Assembly (NCBI RefSeq): GCF_001194135.2 | Contig: NC_068982.1 | Location: 24,096,097 to 24,160,096, forward strand | Length of the DNA stretch: 64,000 bases | Reading direction: 5' to 3' | From: Octopus bimaculoides | Lineage: Eukaryota | Shown here: positions 40,323-53,706 of the stretch, piece after piece | How the letters are laid out: each line of letters opens with the position of its first letter | How positions within the stretch are numbered: position 1 is the first letter of the stretch | Translations under genes and position numbers: made by a program | The notes under the pieces: model-generated | Databases searched by the model: none | What the model was told of the DNA's origin: nothing | The model's input: the letters and a program-made list of their open reading frames with translations, nothing else

Positions 40323-41423
40323 AATCAGTGTATGGTGCCACACTTTGATTAATGAATAAAAAGCATTTTCTTCTTTGCATTGAAAGCTATACATTACATT
40401 GCTTGCCTTCTGACTTGGAGGCTACTTGCTTCATTTCCTGGAGTCTGTTGATAAATTTGTTGTTTTTGGTCAAGAATATTATTAGAAATATTTTGCTTCG
40501 GTGTATTGAAATGTATTCTGGTCTACGATATCTAATGATGTATATTATATATAGGAAAAAATTGATTGCATGGTATACTCAATAATTAATTTGTGAGCCC
40601 TGCGGTGTGTTGCATCAGCTGCATCTGTGCTCTCCTGCTCAGCGTGAATGAGTGATCTTAAGAAATATGTATGCAATATATTCCCATACGGAGCGCATTC
40701 AATCTACATTCTCCCCAGTATTTAACATATAGAAGCCTCGCTAAAGATACCTTATAGAGCCTAAACGCCCTTTAAATATGTAAAAATAAATGCAAGCTGT
40801 TTCAAAAACTCTACCCAAGGCAATTGAGAAAATATGTGTATAGAAAAGGCCTATGGTATAAATCTTTCTTTAGTTTCCATACCGTGTAAAATATAATGAT
40901 TAACTTACTGCGTATAAAAGTGATTAAATATTTCATAAATAGTTTATGTTACGACAACTTAACCATTCATATAGCAAACTACCACTCATTTCTATAAATA
41001 TTTAAACAGCATTTTTGTTTTATTTTGAGCAAATTAACTCTCCTACAATATTGAATGTAAAATGTTTTTAGAGCTTCGGAATCTGAATTTGAGAAAGTCA
41101 AGTGAAATTTAGCGGCTACCCAAAAATTCAGCATCTTATATATCACGTGATATTTGACAAAATTACCGTTATATGTGAAAACGATAATAATATTTCTTAC
41201 TGGATACTTTTAAACTTTTCTGTATTATAAAACGGCCATAATAGAACATTGTGTGTGCGCGTGTGTCAGTTCCAGTGTGCGTGTGTATATNNNNNNNNNN
41301 NNNNNNNNNNNNNNNNNNNNNNNNNNNNNNNNNNNNNNNNNNNNNNNNNNNNNNNNNNNNNNNNNNNNNNNNNNNNNNNNNNNNNNNNNNNNNNNNNNNN
41401 NNNNNNNNNNNNNNNNNNNNNNN

Positions 41424-41476
<53 letters not shown>

Positions 41477-42441
41477 CATTTATGTGTGTGTATGTATGTG
41501 CATGAATGTGTTTGAGAGTTTAATCTCAAGGTTACTAAATAAAATTTCATCACAACTAGAAAATGTAAACTGCTCTCATTCTAAACCCCCTTTCAATATA
41601 TTCGAAAGGTTGTATTTAAGACAATGCTTCCTTGAGTTAAGCATTAAATATTTTCCAAATGATTATAGGTATAAATTAAGCAACATGCCATGTAAATTAC
41701 ACATGAACCCGAAAAACGTGCAGAACGAATACCTGTAATGAAATGTATGACAAGATTAGTAGCTCGGAATCCACAATCTGTAACATGAAAGAGAAATAAC
41801 TGTGATACCGTATTAACATACCAGTTAAATGGCACCTGTTAATGAAAAATAAAACTTATAAGTCTCGTAAATGGAAAGAAAGGAGCGAATAAGATCTACT
41901 TCAATGAAAGGAGTAAAATGATAAAAGCGGTATGTACATAGCATTTGAAGTATTTTTACAACGGATATTGAAAGCAATCCCAAAATATTATTTGAAAAAA
42001 AAAAGAATGCTTGACACCAAAAGGAAAATATAGAAACGTATGCATATTTACAAACTTACGTATATGATATATGTGTTGCGTGGGATATTAGGGATATATA
42101 TATATATATATATANNNNNNNNNNNNNNNNNNNNNNNNNNNNNNNNNNNNNNNNNNNNNNNNNNNNNNNNNNNNNNNNNNNNNNNNNNNNNNNNNNNNNN
42201 NNNNNNNNNNNNNNNNNNNNNNNNNNNNNNNNNNNNNNNNNNNNNNNNNNNNNNNNNNNNNNNNNNNNNNNNNNNNNNNNNNNNNNNNNNNNNNNNNNNN
42301 NNNNNNNNNNNNNNNNGATAAGGAGAAAGAGAAAGAGAAGGAGAAAGAGAGAACGAACGAGAGATGGTGAGAAATAAGGAGAGAGATAGACAAAGAGAGA
42401 GAGAGAGACAAAGAGAGAGAGAGACAAAGAGAGAGAGACAA

Positions 42442-42483
<42 letters not shown>

Positions 42484-42954
42484 CGTCATTCCATGGAAGC
42501 ATTTCATGTAAGTGTTGCCTATGCAATATGGAAAATAACTTATTACGCAAAACTTGTACTTTCTCAATAATCGAATGAGATCTTATTCCTATGGTGACAA
42601 TCAAATACATTCATGCTGAGAAAACTAATCCCTGTTGAATACACGCCAATAAGCGAAACTGTGTGCCATAGAAAAACATTTTGTGTCTACTTTTGTCATA
42701 GTCACGACGCTCCAATATTTCCATAAGTATATGTGTATGTATATATATGCAGGAAGAAGTCAATAACATGTAACTTACAAAATTTAAGTACTCAGACTAA
42801 AGATAAAATCGTTCACCTACGAATCGATAGCAATTTTATTTGGTCACAAAGAAGAAATACATTCTGTATTACGTAAATATCGAAACACTCATACACACAA
42901 GACGTATGTAACTAAGTTTTATATTATACATTCTAAAGCAAAATGATCGATATC

Positions 42955-43075
42955 ACTGATCCAGATGTCTGAGCTCTGTGTTCAAATCCCTCTTGGATCA
43001 ACCTTGTTTTTAATCCTTGCAGGTTCGGTAAAGTAAAGTACCAATCAAATAATGGGATCGATGATTTCGATTAAT
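42955..43075 (+). mobile_element. Partial SINE family B-related remnant
   Basis: ctctgtgttcaaatccc (B-box-like), aaagtaccaatc and gggatcgatgatttcgat match family B internal landmarks. Confidence 0.5.
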
Positions 43076-43395
43076 CTTCACATCTTGATAGTGTGGCGTT
43101 CAACGTAAACTAGAAACCGTCATATACTATCTTATCAAGTGCAATAGGGCTGCATATATAAGAAATTCTCTTCGTGATCATCAAATCTCAGTTTCGATTC
43201 CACTGTATTACACAATAAGTAATAGTAACAATTGTAAGTTTTGATGGTCTTGCGTCAGCCGTGCGTTGTGAGCGCAATTTGTAAAACGAAATCTGTTTAA
43301 AAAGTCACTAAATAGAATATACTTGTAATTGAAAGGCCCGATCTTGTCACACTGCGCTACCGTGATTCGACTTCCGAATTCCATTAAGATATGTA

Positions 43396-43426
<31 letters not shown>

Positions 43427-45039
43427 GTGTGTGTGTGAGTGTGCGTGCGTGTGTGTGCGTGTGTTTGTGTGTGTACACACGACTTAACGAACACACGAAT
43501 CCAAATAGCTAGCATCATCGAATCCCATTGCAGTTCCGTGTATTTAATAACAGTTTGATTCAGTTCCGATAACTTTAAACTTAGCCGTCTGTCTCCATGT
43601 ATGTGATGGGTTGAACATGTCCTATGCTCACAATAATGTAAGTAAAGTGGAGTTGAGTGCCACTGTAATTCCTTACGTAAACACAAACAGCTACACACAT
43701 ATGCACGCGCAAACACACATAGAAGCGTAAATCACCCTTGACAGCGATTGACAGTTGTAATATTTATTATGAGATTATTTCAGTTCATTCATTACATAAA
43801 TCTAAGCAGTAGTGTTCTTTTTAATGTATAGCTTCATAAATTTATCTACTTCATTTATTGAATCACCACTTACCAAATTTTATAGTATATTTTAAAAAAT
43901 ATAAGATAGATATAGTTCAACTAAATTTGTTCTTTATAAGTGAATAATTCCAATAAATTTACAGTGCATTACAGTTTCCAAATGGGGTGTGATTATTTAA
44001 ATACTATTATATGATATATGAGATCATGAAATAAATACGTTCGGTAAAATCGGCATTTAATGTATTTCAGTGTGCATACATATTAAAACTTTCAATTATA
44101 AATGGTTGTTACCAATACAATCACCATTAAAATGGTCTTATACCAATAAGACTTTTTTTTTTTTTTAATTACAGACAGAGAATAACGAATAAGAGTTCTC
44201 GGAAATACATAAGTTTAGTAAATGGCTTTATACGAGAGTATATGATGAAATAGTTACTGCGATGAAATTGCAGTATATTGAGAAAATATTTGACACGTCA
44301 AGAAATAAATAGAAAATAAATTGAACAGTTTTTCCAGGTTACAAATGTCAAAAATTGAATACCGACATTTTATTAACGTGCATGCAATAAGTTTCAGAGG
44401 AAACACCAAGCACTTGCATAAGAAGATCTCTTAAGTCAAATAACGTAGTATTCGGTATTCTACCAAGACATACATGTTAAGAGGGATATAAAGATTATCC
44501 TTAAAGTATGAGAAATAGAGAGTAAATGCTTAATAGATTTAGTTATTTACAGGAATAGACATTTTTAAAATCACTGTATTGAAGCGGTACTGAGAGGGCA
44601 GGATATAATGACCGTAAAACTGTTAACTTTTATTAGTAGGTAAAAAACATTCCACGATGGGAGCAGCAAAATTCAGGATACAGGACGGTAAAATAAAATG
44701 AGATAGTAGAAATTGTTAGTGCTATATGGCAATAATTATCTGCAAGAGAACTTGAGAAAATTACATCCTAAATTATAGAAAAAAGCTCCAAAGAAGAGTT
44801 TACCGCACTGGACACAATGTATTTATATTTTCATCATTTACCTCTTGTTTCCTCCTGGGAAGATGAAAAACGGAAGAGTATGCCTTTTGACTCGGGTCTC
44901 ATGAAGTGGCACTAATGCTTAAAACTGCAAACATGATGTAAATTGGAACTTTTGCGAGAACTGGCGTTGAAAGCGGAATTGATGTAGAAAATATTATAAC
45001 TGGTCATTAAGAATGTAATAAAATACCAAACAAATAAAG

Positions 45040-45720
45040 GAAAAAAAATAACTCTACTGCTTCTCGCCCTACCTTATCGGGGATATTGGTGTAGAGGCTG
45101 ACTATATCAAAGCTATATCAATGTCTTGTTTTGGCGTTTCGGAACCATGAGGTAGCCTACTACTTAACTTTTAGAATCATATCAATAATACCATACACCT
45201 CAAACAGAATCAATGAAATGTTTCTCAGTTCAGAACTAGACTTTCAGAAAAAAAAATAAAAAAAAGAAAATAGTGACTTCTTAATGGAACCGACCAATCG
45301 GAATGCTAGATGACCATCAAACAAAAATTAGTTACCGAAGACAAGCCAGGAAGTCAACGAAGTAGAACGTTGACCTTTGCCAACACAAATATATTTTTTT
45401 AAGAAAATAAACAGAGGTAACGAAACCTACAACCGATGAGAATCTATTCCTTGACCGTGGTCAGCCAGGAATGGATATCATCAGGAAGCCATCCAACCAA
45501 ATCACTAGATTTTGCCAAAACATAAATATTTCGACTAAAACATCCACAAGAATAAGAATAAGACATCAAGAATTGGATCAATTCTGTAAAAACAAATATA
45601 TACTAAAAAATTCGAACTTAGACACTTCGAGCTGGAACAAGCCGTGATGATGATGAAACCAGTGCACTGAGACTGGAATCGAGAAAGGAACTACACGCAC
45701 CACGACAGAAATTGTAAACA
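45040..45720 (+). mobile_element. Possible Penelope-like element 3' remnant (GIY-YIG region)
   Basis: Frameshifted pieces LALPYRGD, IPYTSNRINE, ETY-PMRI..WSARN, TKHPQE and LEQAVMMMKP..WNRE follow the order expected for a PLE linker and GIY-YIG C-terminus. Heavily decayed and judged by eye. Confidence 0.35.
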
Positions 45721-46106
45721 AAACATTTTTCTCTTCCTCACCACTTTATTCTCTTCCTCTGCACTTTTTTTCATAGCACCTGAATATAACTGAACTATCC
45801 CTAACGTACATTTGTCATGATCTTCCCCGAACATTTACATTTATATTACCAGTTATCCCTGTGGAACTCGATGAAATTTCTGTAAACATCAATATTTGAT
45901 GATTTAAACGTGTTTGTCTAATTTTTAGACGCTTTATTTATATATTTGTACCATTGTTAAGCAAAATTGTTAAAACTAGTTTGATATGAGGATAAATCTT
46001 TCACATATTTTTAAAACGGCACTACGTTTTAGAATCAGGTGAATTTTCAAACCTCAAAACAAATTTAGCTCTATTTTTTCCTGTATGAAAATACACTTCT
46101 TTCCAA

Positions 46107-46226
<120 letters not shown>

Positions 46227-46249
46227 TAGATATATATATATAACAATAT

Positions 46250-47015
46250 CATATATCGCGGGATGTTAATTTTAACGCGAAAGCACAAAAATGAGGTGAG
46301 ACCTTCCAGTACCTGTCTCAGCCGCCCAAACCATAACTGATTGTGGATTGCGACTTCGATTTACGAGTCTACCCTCGACGGAGCCTGATACACCCCAAAG
46401 TCTCTCATTCTGGTTGTTTACTGTCTATTCGATGTCAAATTTCTTTTCATTAGTAGTCGCCACGATGGGCAGCGTGCCTTATGTAATCTGACGTAGGAAA
46501 AAACGTCTTCTCTCCAGTGTTATGCCCTTATGATCATGGCTGCTTATCATTCTGTAGGAGTTGGTCCTGAGATCTTCCTTCAGCATTCGATACATCAATG
46601 TTCGGCTTATTTTTGCTATAGCAGCCAGTCACGGACGGAACAACGAGGATTTCGCCGTATCTTTTTTCTGATACTTTTGATAACCTGAGGAGTCCGCACA
46701 CTTTTTCTTCGGCCATGTCCAGGTTGATGAGTGGTGGAACCAGTCTCTTGAAATGTCTTGACAATTTTCCAGACTGTTGGGTTAGTTTTAATCTCTTTGA
46801 TATAGCTGTATTATTGTCGCATCCATTGTGGATGGTTATGATGGTAAATTCGGTCTATAGCCATTATCTAATTTATAAATCTGAATTTATTTATTCTGAA
46901 ATAAAAAGAAGACAAACTAAACTTTTATAATGATGTATAATTTTCTTACCTTATCACACGTAGTGATAGTTATTAGAGCCGGAAACTTCAGTTACATTAA
47001 TTTCGAGACACCCTG
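46250..47015 (-). mobile_element. 5' half of a maT/DD37D-like (Bmmar1-related) Tc1/mariner transposon
   Basis: Terminus CAGGGTGTCTCGAAATT at 47015 with TA at 47016-47017. Minus frames give GCDNNTAISKRLKL, TVWKIVKTFQETGST..PGHGRRKSVRTPQVIKSIRKKIRRNPRCSVR, and NEKKFDIE*TVNNQNERLW..RSRNPQSVMVWAA..GRSHLIFV..VKINIPRY. D2, D3 and the second TIR are absent. Confidence 0.85.
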
Positions 47016-47017
47016 TA

Positions 47018-47033
47018 TACAAACACATACGCA

Positions 47034-47117
<84 letters not shown>

Positions 47118-47155
47118 TAATCACACACACAAACACTCACACATACACACACATT
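47018..47155. repeat. (CA)n microsatellite
   Basis: Direct reading; abuts the surviving TIR of the maT-like element. Confidence 0.95.
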
Positions 47156-47294
47156 CGTTATGTGCAACAGAAGGTGTATTTGTATAAATCATAACTAAAT
47201 CTATGTATCATGTATAAAAGTAATACATTATGAAAAGCCTAATTAACTGTCATGTTCGTCTTCTGGCTAATTGCACTGTTTGTGATTTTTCAAA

Positions 47295-47577
47295 CATTGA
47301 TGAAGTGCAAGCTGCAGAAACGCACATTTAGCAACGCTATGAGCGATGCTGCATAACTTTCATTTGCAACCGATATATTTCTGTATTAAGTAACGTCATT
47401 CTGCGAGAGATAGGCTGCGATTTCGCTGTCGGTATTCGTGTTGAAAATCGACTTTTGCGAACCTTTGCACTGTTGATCGATGTGTGCTTTCCTATGCGCT
47501 CTGAGCTCATTCTGGGACAATTGCATTAGCATTTGACAGACATACCATCCAGTCAAACTCCCCAACCGACAATTCCC
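47295..47577 (-). pseudogene. Decayed 28S rRNA fragment (domain V, P-loop to peptidyl-transferase region)
   Basis: The minus strand carries GGGGAGTTTGACTGG (47549-47563, exact P-loop sequence), TGTCAAA, GAGCTCAG, GATTTTCAACACGAATAC (47432-47449; conserved form GATTTTCAGTACGAATAC) and CGCTCATAGCG (47335-47345; conserved form CGTTCATAGCG), all in rRNA order. Comparison is from memory of conserved 28S sequence. Confidence 0.82.
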
Positions 47578-50500
47578 GAGTAAGAGCTGTTCATCGGTCG
47601 CCTCAGTACACGTTAAGGTGCTGGAGAGGTACAGAAGACTTCACACGAGATAACGAATTATAGCTCGGTGACAGACCTAGTCCTTAGCCATCAGGCGACT
47701 GATATCATATATCGAGACGAAGAGCACAGTTAATTAAAATCAATTAAGCACGACATATATGTCTTAAGTATGTCATATGATGTGCTATGTATATAATGTT
47801 GTAATTATACACATATGTATGCATATAGATGTATATTTTTATACATACATACATACATAATACATATATATGTCTCTCTATGTTTGTTTTCGTTCAGTTT
47901 CCTCGTATGCCTCCACTACCCTGTTTTTTGTTCCCAACTTTGACCCTCCATAAATCCAAAATTCTATTTTGGAATTTATGGGAACAACTGTCGTCGAATA
48001 CTCATATTGTTGTTGAATGCTCGAAATGGGGAGTAGATAGACAGCCGACAACTGAAGAAGGGTCGTTCTTTGTGTTACTTGTCCTGTTTTCCATTTTCTT
48101 CTCTCGTTGTTTGCGCATATATACATACATATATGCCTATGTATGTATGCATTTAATTATATACATATGTACTTTTCCATGTATTTTTATGTGTGTTGCG
48201 TGGCTATGTATAAATATTAATAGACACACGTGTATTGTCAGCTGGATACAGTCACGAATCTCTGTGTAATTACAAAATGATAATTACTAGTTTGAAAATT
48301 TATCAGATATGATGAATGAGTAAATGATGTATATCAGGTGATTCGTCTCAATTATCAATATTCTGATACCTATATCGGAATTATTGGTATTTAATTTCTC
48401 TAGAATGTTTTCAGTATTTATTTCTTAATTAGGCACAAATCAAAGCGTTTAGTGAAAATGTATAATCAAGAATATTCTTTCCAATATTTAACTGTTAAGC
48501 TAACCTGGACGACGAGCAACAACGTTCACTTAGATGTGCTTAGAATGTATGAAATCCAATGAAATTTAGATGTCAAACCAATATGGAAGCTATCGTTTAT
48601 AATAAACAAATCTGCATGGAATTCGTACTGTTACCCATGGCTTAATGCTACTTGAAACTGCATAATAAATCCTACTATGTACTATCTGTGCTTTAAATAA
48701 CATATTACTAATAACGTCACGCTTATACATGAATATTCAAAGCATATTTTGAAGATTATTGCACTAAAATTTAAATTGAATTATAAATATTTTGAGAACT
48801 TTGCCAAGCATCAGATTTCCTTTCTGCCTTATGGCGAATACATTCTTTTAATTCCATTTTTAACATGTTTATACATCTAAATACTATAGGAATATATTTA
48901 ACATTACGGACAAAAGTGCTATTCAAGGCCGCTTTTCAATCGTTTTTATTAAGTGGTAAATTATTCAACAATTATATATCGGGTGTGTTGTTGAAGTTAC
49001 TGTTTCAATATTTTCGCGTAGGCATGTTCTGAGTGACCACTATTTAAACTTTTTGCATATTTATTTCTCAGTTCTAGTCGATCAGGTTAGAGATCAAGGT
49101 TAATATTATCTATAAGCATTTGCTATCGCTTCCTGTGTCTCACTCTATCGGTCTCTCTAGGTCTGTTTCTATTATGGATATATGTATGTATAGATAGATA
49201 AATAGATATACATATATATAGACATTTACACCCCCCACACACACACAGACATACACGCACACACATGTCTACTTATTAATATGTGTGCTTGTATTTATAC
49301 CCAAAATTAACAAGGCACCAATGTTGAAAATTTAGTTATCTAATATCGACTTATATATTGATGGTATAATTTCGTAAGTGGTATCAAAATATGTTTAAGA
49401 TGAAATATTGAAATGAATTTAATGTGTTTTTCTATTGTTATGTAATCAAATGTATCGTGTCTTACTTGTGCGAAATAAACATAGTTTAATAAACTGATTC
49501 TTAAACAGCATCTTGATCTGTATGCTATTGTTAATGCCTTGCTCTGTAGAGCAACATTAATGACAATTTATATATATTACGCTAATACAGATACCCTTAT
49601 ATATATATGTATATATCTACACATATATTCACATACACATCTGTGTGTGTGTGTAAATCCGTGTCATACATATTCCATTGAAAAACAATATATATAATGT
49701 TATCCTAGCTGATATTTTATCTATTAGCTAAACAGCCTTGCCCGTAAACTCGTTATTTACTTGCAAGCTACCGTATACTCTCCTAAGATCAGATCTCATC
49801 ATTGACCAAAAATTTTATTAAGCACATCCAGATGAATGTATACAATATACGTGCATAAATCTGGAAATAGTTGTCTTCCACTCCTCAGTATTCATACGCA
49901 GTGAAAATATTTGTGAACAGTGGATTGATTATGTATTTTAGCTTCCGGTGGTGTGGAAATTGTTTCAAAATGTGTTAGGTTTAATTAATTTACATAGCAT
50001 TCTTTTCTGTTTTGCCCGCCTTCACCTATTGTTTACACAACCAATTGCTTTGTAAATGCTTTACCATTGGCAAAGAATTGCCGCGTATTTCTGAGAATAT
50101 TTATCATCTCAGATGTTTTGAATTCATTTGTGCCAGAACAGGGATCATTGTAATCATTGGTTTTTCAGTCATAATAACAGAACGCAATATCTCACCGTTG
50201 TATGAGAGATAGCTTGTAGCTATGTGTATACCAATACAATATCTTCTATCGTAAATTGCTTTGCAAAACAGAAATGCTCACAAATATATAAATACATATT
50301 TCTATATTTAGTTTTACAACCTTTGTCATATATTCAGCAGCTTTGCTACTGCGTTTACCCATCATTCTTGGATATGTATATTAAACCTAAAATCTGAGTG
50401 CATATTGCATCAGTTTTGTTTGTATTTCTTAAACTTTAACCTTATAATTATTTGTAAATTTGACTTGTATATCCTGTATTGGATTATAGTAAATAATATC

Positions 50501-50853
50501 GATTTCAGTACGCATTAAATAGTATGTTACTTTATGGATTGCAGAAAAAAATGAGTAAAAGCACGATGGATGTTCATGGACATCTAAATTCAAAATGTGG
50601 TGCCTAAAATTTCTTCAATATTTTGTCATTTTGTTCTATTAATTTTGCCGATAAATAATAATCTCAAGTATTCTTTATTTGGGTTGTACATATACATAAA
50701 TGCAGGCAGAAATAGCTGTGTACGTATAGAAATTTGCATGTATCTATATGTATACAAACACAATGACACATAGCTACATAGGTGTATACACATGTATACA
50801 TGTATGTATGTATCTATGTAAGTATGTATGAGTGAACGTATGCGAGAGGCTGA

Positions 50854-50988
50854 TTTCATTAATGTCTACCAAATCCACTCATAAGACTGTGCCTGTGATA
50901 GAACACACATACCCAAGAAAATATGCATTGGAACTGAACCCGACAGCACATGGTTAGGAAGCAAATTGCTTACCACATAGCCACGCCT
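50854..50988 (-). mobile_element. SINE family A, head and core only
   Basis: gtctaccaaatccactca, ggaactgaacccg and ttgcttaccacatagccacgcct; flanked by (TA/CATA)n. Confidence 0.75.
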
Positions 50989-53553
50989 ATATATATATAT
51001 ATACATACATACATATATATACACATATATGCATGTACGTATGTATGCATATATGTACGCATGTATATGTATATATATGTATGTATGCATGCATGTATGT
51101 ATGCATGTCTGTATGCATGCATGTACATATATATGTATTGTAAATTGTTAGCTGGGAAAATATATATGCAATAACGATCAAGTGACATGAGTATTACTAC
51201 AAAACTATTGTAAGCAGTTGAAACAAAGAACACAAGGGGGTAGATAATCGAAATACAAGGGCGTAAACATAAATAAGTGATCCGTCATCAGTACAAGCTT
51301 GAATAACTTCACTTACTTTGATTCTAGTTAATATTCATGTAATTTGATCTTCGCTAAGAAACAGTTTTGTTCAGAATCTAAATGTGAGTGTTCTCGTCTT
51401 TAGGTGACGTGATATTCCAAATAAAGTCAAAATGATTCTGATTAAATTTTTTTCTTAATTAATAATGTTTATATGTAATCAACAATTCAGCTATTGGTTT
51501 AAGGTAATATTTATAAGGGAATAAGACAATCATGATAGCGAATGGGAAACTAAGAAGAGGCAGGATTGTAACGCTGGACTAAAAGGAACAAAATATAGAT
51601 ATTGCAATAAATTGGCCTGGTATTTTATGGTGTATGCTAGTGCGCCAAATGATGTTTAAATAATAATGTTATTATTTTCGTATATATTTGATAATTTGCG
51701 AAGCGGGGAGACGTTAATGTGTTCACGCTCAAAAAGAACTTTTTATTTATTACTAAATTTCTTCATATTTGCTTGTGAGAATATGAATCCACAAGGATCG
51801 CTAGTCAAGTATAAACAATTTTTCGGCCATTTGATAATATGAACTATTCAGTTAATGAAACATTCGAGATAATAGACTTTTTCTGCTCTTATACATTACG
51901 CAATGATTCTAATAACTTTGGTAGGATTAATCGCGACTATGTGAACATCAGCAAAACGAAGACGATTTAAATTATATCAGCATTGATTATTGGTTTTCCT
52001 TTAAGATTCAAATGAAGTAACCATTTTTTCTCGCTTGAAAACACCGTGTTTATACGTATTACTTGATTCACTCGATTAGCTACGTTCAGTTAACTATTAA
52101 TAAAAAAAAAAATGTTTGTCTAATCGTTTCCATTCGACACTTTCCAGAGTTGTCAAATATTATATTGTTGTATGTAAGATATAGAGTTTTGTGTGATAGA
52201 TTCTTATCTATTTTGCTTAAAATGTTCGCATTATATACTATTTCTTTATCGTCGAGTATATACGGTTAACGTTTTTTTTTTTTTTACACAACCAATCAGA
52301 AGAAACCACTTATCTGAAGTCAATATGTCATCTTCAGCTGATATATAATCAACCTTTTCCCCACAACAATGTTGCAGTAAATCACGGCAAGAAAGCAGTA
52401 ATGTGCATCATATCTTCTCTAGTTGCCACAAAAGTTCTTGTAGTGTGGCAAGTTTAGCAAAGTACGTCTGGAATAACCAACAACTATATGAATTATGTAA
52501 TACGAAACCATTTTCGGACAACAGTTTATGTTCAACATCATGAAGAATGTTTGGCAAAGATCTCCAGCTTTCTACTTCTAAATGATATGTTGAACATTAA
52601 GATATTAAAGCTTTCCAACATATCGGGTATAATTTCCTATACGAATCATTCAAATAATGCCATATTTCGCACTGTATTTGTCGCGATTTGTCTCAAAGAG
52701 ACGAGACTAAATCGTTTCATTTGTCATTGATTCTCTAATTTTCAGTTATACAAAAAATAGTTTTATTTCCATTTGTTCTGTCTAATTAAATCCATCCAAG
52801 AAGGTCATTATATGCATTCGTATAGCATCTGTGTATGCACCTTCGTCCGAGAAAATTTGCTGTTACATTTCATTCATTATTGTGATCTACTATAAAGTAT
52901 TTATTTTTATACGGGGTTGTATGCAAGTACTTTTGCATATAAGTATATGTGTAAGTGTATGCGTAATTATTTTTTGCATATAGAATATTGTAATGTGTAC
53001 AATGTTGGTACAACATGCTATTTCTGAGGAGGATGGATATTTTATCAGACGATGAGTGAAATTATACTTGGATTGCTCGAGAAACATTACGCTACATCAT
53101 TGAATGTGTGTGTAAGGAGATCACAGCTTATCATAAATACCTGAATGTGCAAGAGGAATACATCTAGATAGATGCATATCAAATACCGATTGAAGTATGG
53201 ATTTCTGGATCGGCTAAGTGCTTCAGCAGATTACAAATAATGTGCTAGTTTTCTTGATATGTACGTCATTCCTTAAAATGTCGAAAGTTTATTGTTCACT
53301 TTATTGCAATAGTTCTTTACATGTGTTTGTAGCAGAGTAGTTTTGCCAATACGACTATGTGCGAACAAAGCTAGGGATGGGCTGATGACAAGAATCACAA
53401 TATGGAAAGAACATTTTTTCGAATCATTGATAATGGGCTTCTCCCAAATGTACAAACCCATGGATTGGTAGGCAGCAATACATGCAACTTGACTGACTTA
53501 AGATACTTTTTGAACGCATCACAATTTATGTCAGATATCAAAATTATCAATGT

Positions 53554-53706
53554 AGGTGCAGGAGTAGTGTGAGGTAAGTAGCTTTCTTATCAACCATATG
53601 GCTCTGGGTTCAGTACCACTGCATGGTACCTTTGGCAAGTATAATCTACTATAGTGTCGGGCCATGTGAGTGGATTTGGTAGACGGATACTGAATGAAGT
53701 CCGTCG
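53554..53706 (+). mobile_element. SINE family A, head and core only
   Basis: AGGTGCAGGAGTAGTGTGAGGTAAG, GGGTTCAGTACC and TGTGAGTGGATTTGGTAGACGGATACTGAATGAAGTCCGTCG; it stops where the internal microsatellite would begin. Confidence 0.82.
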
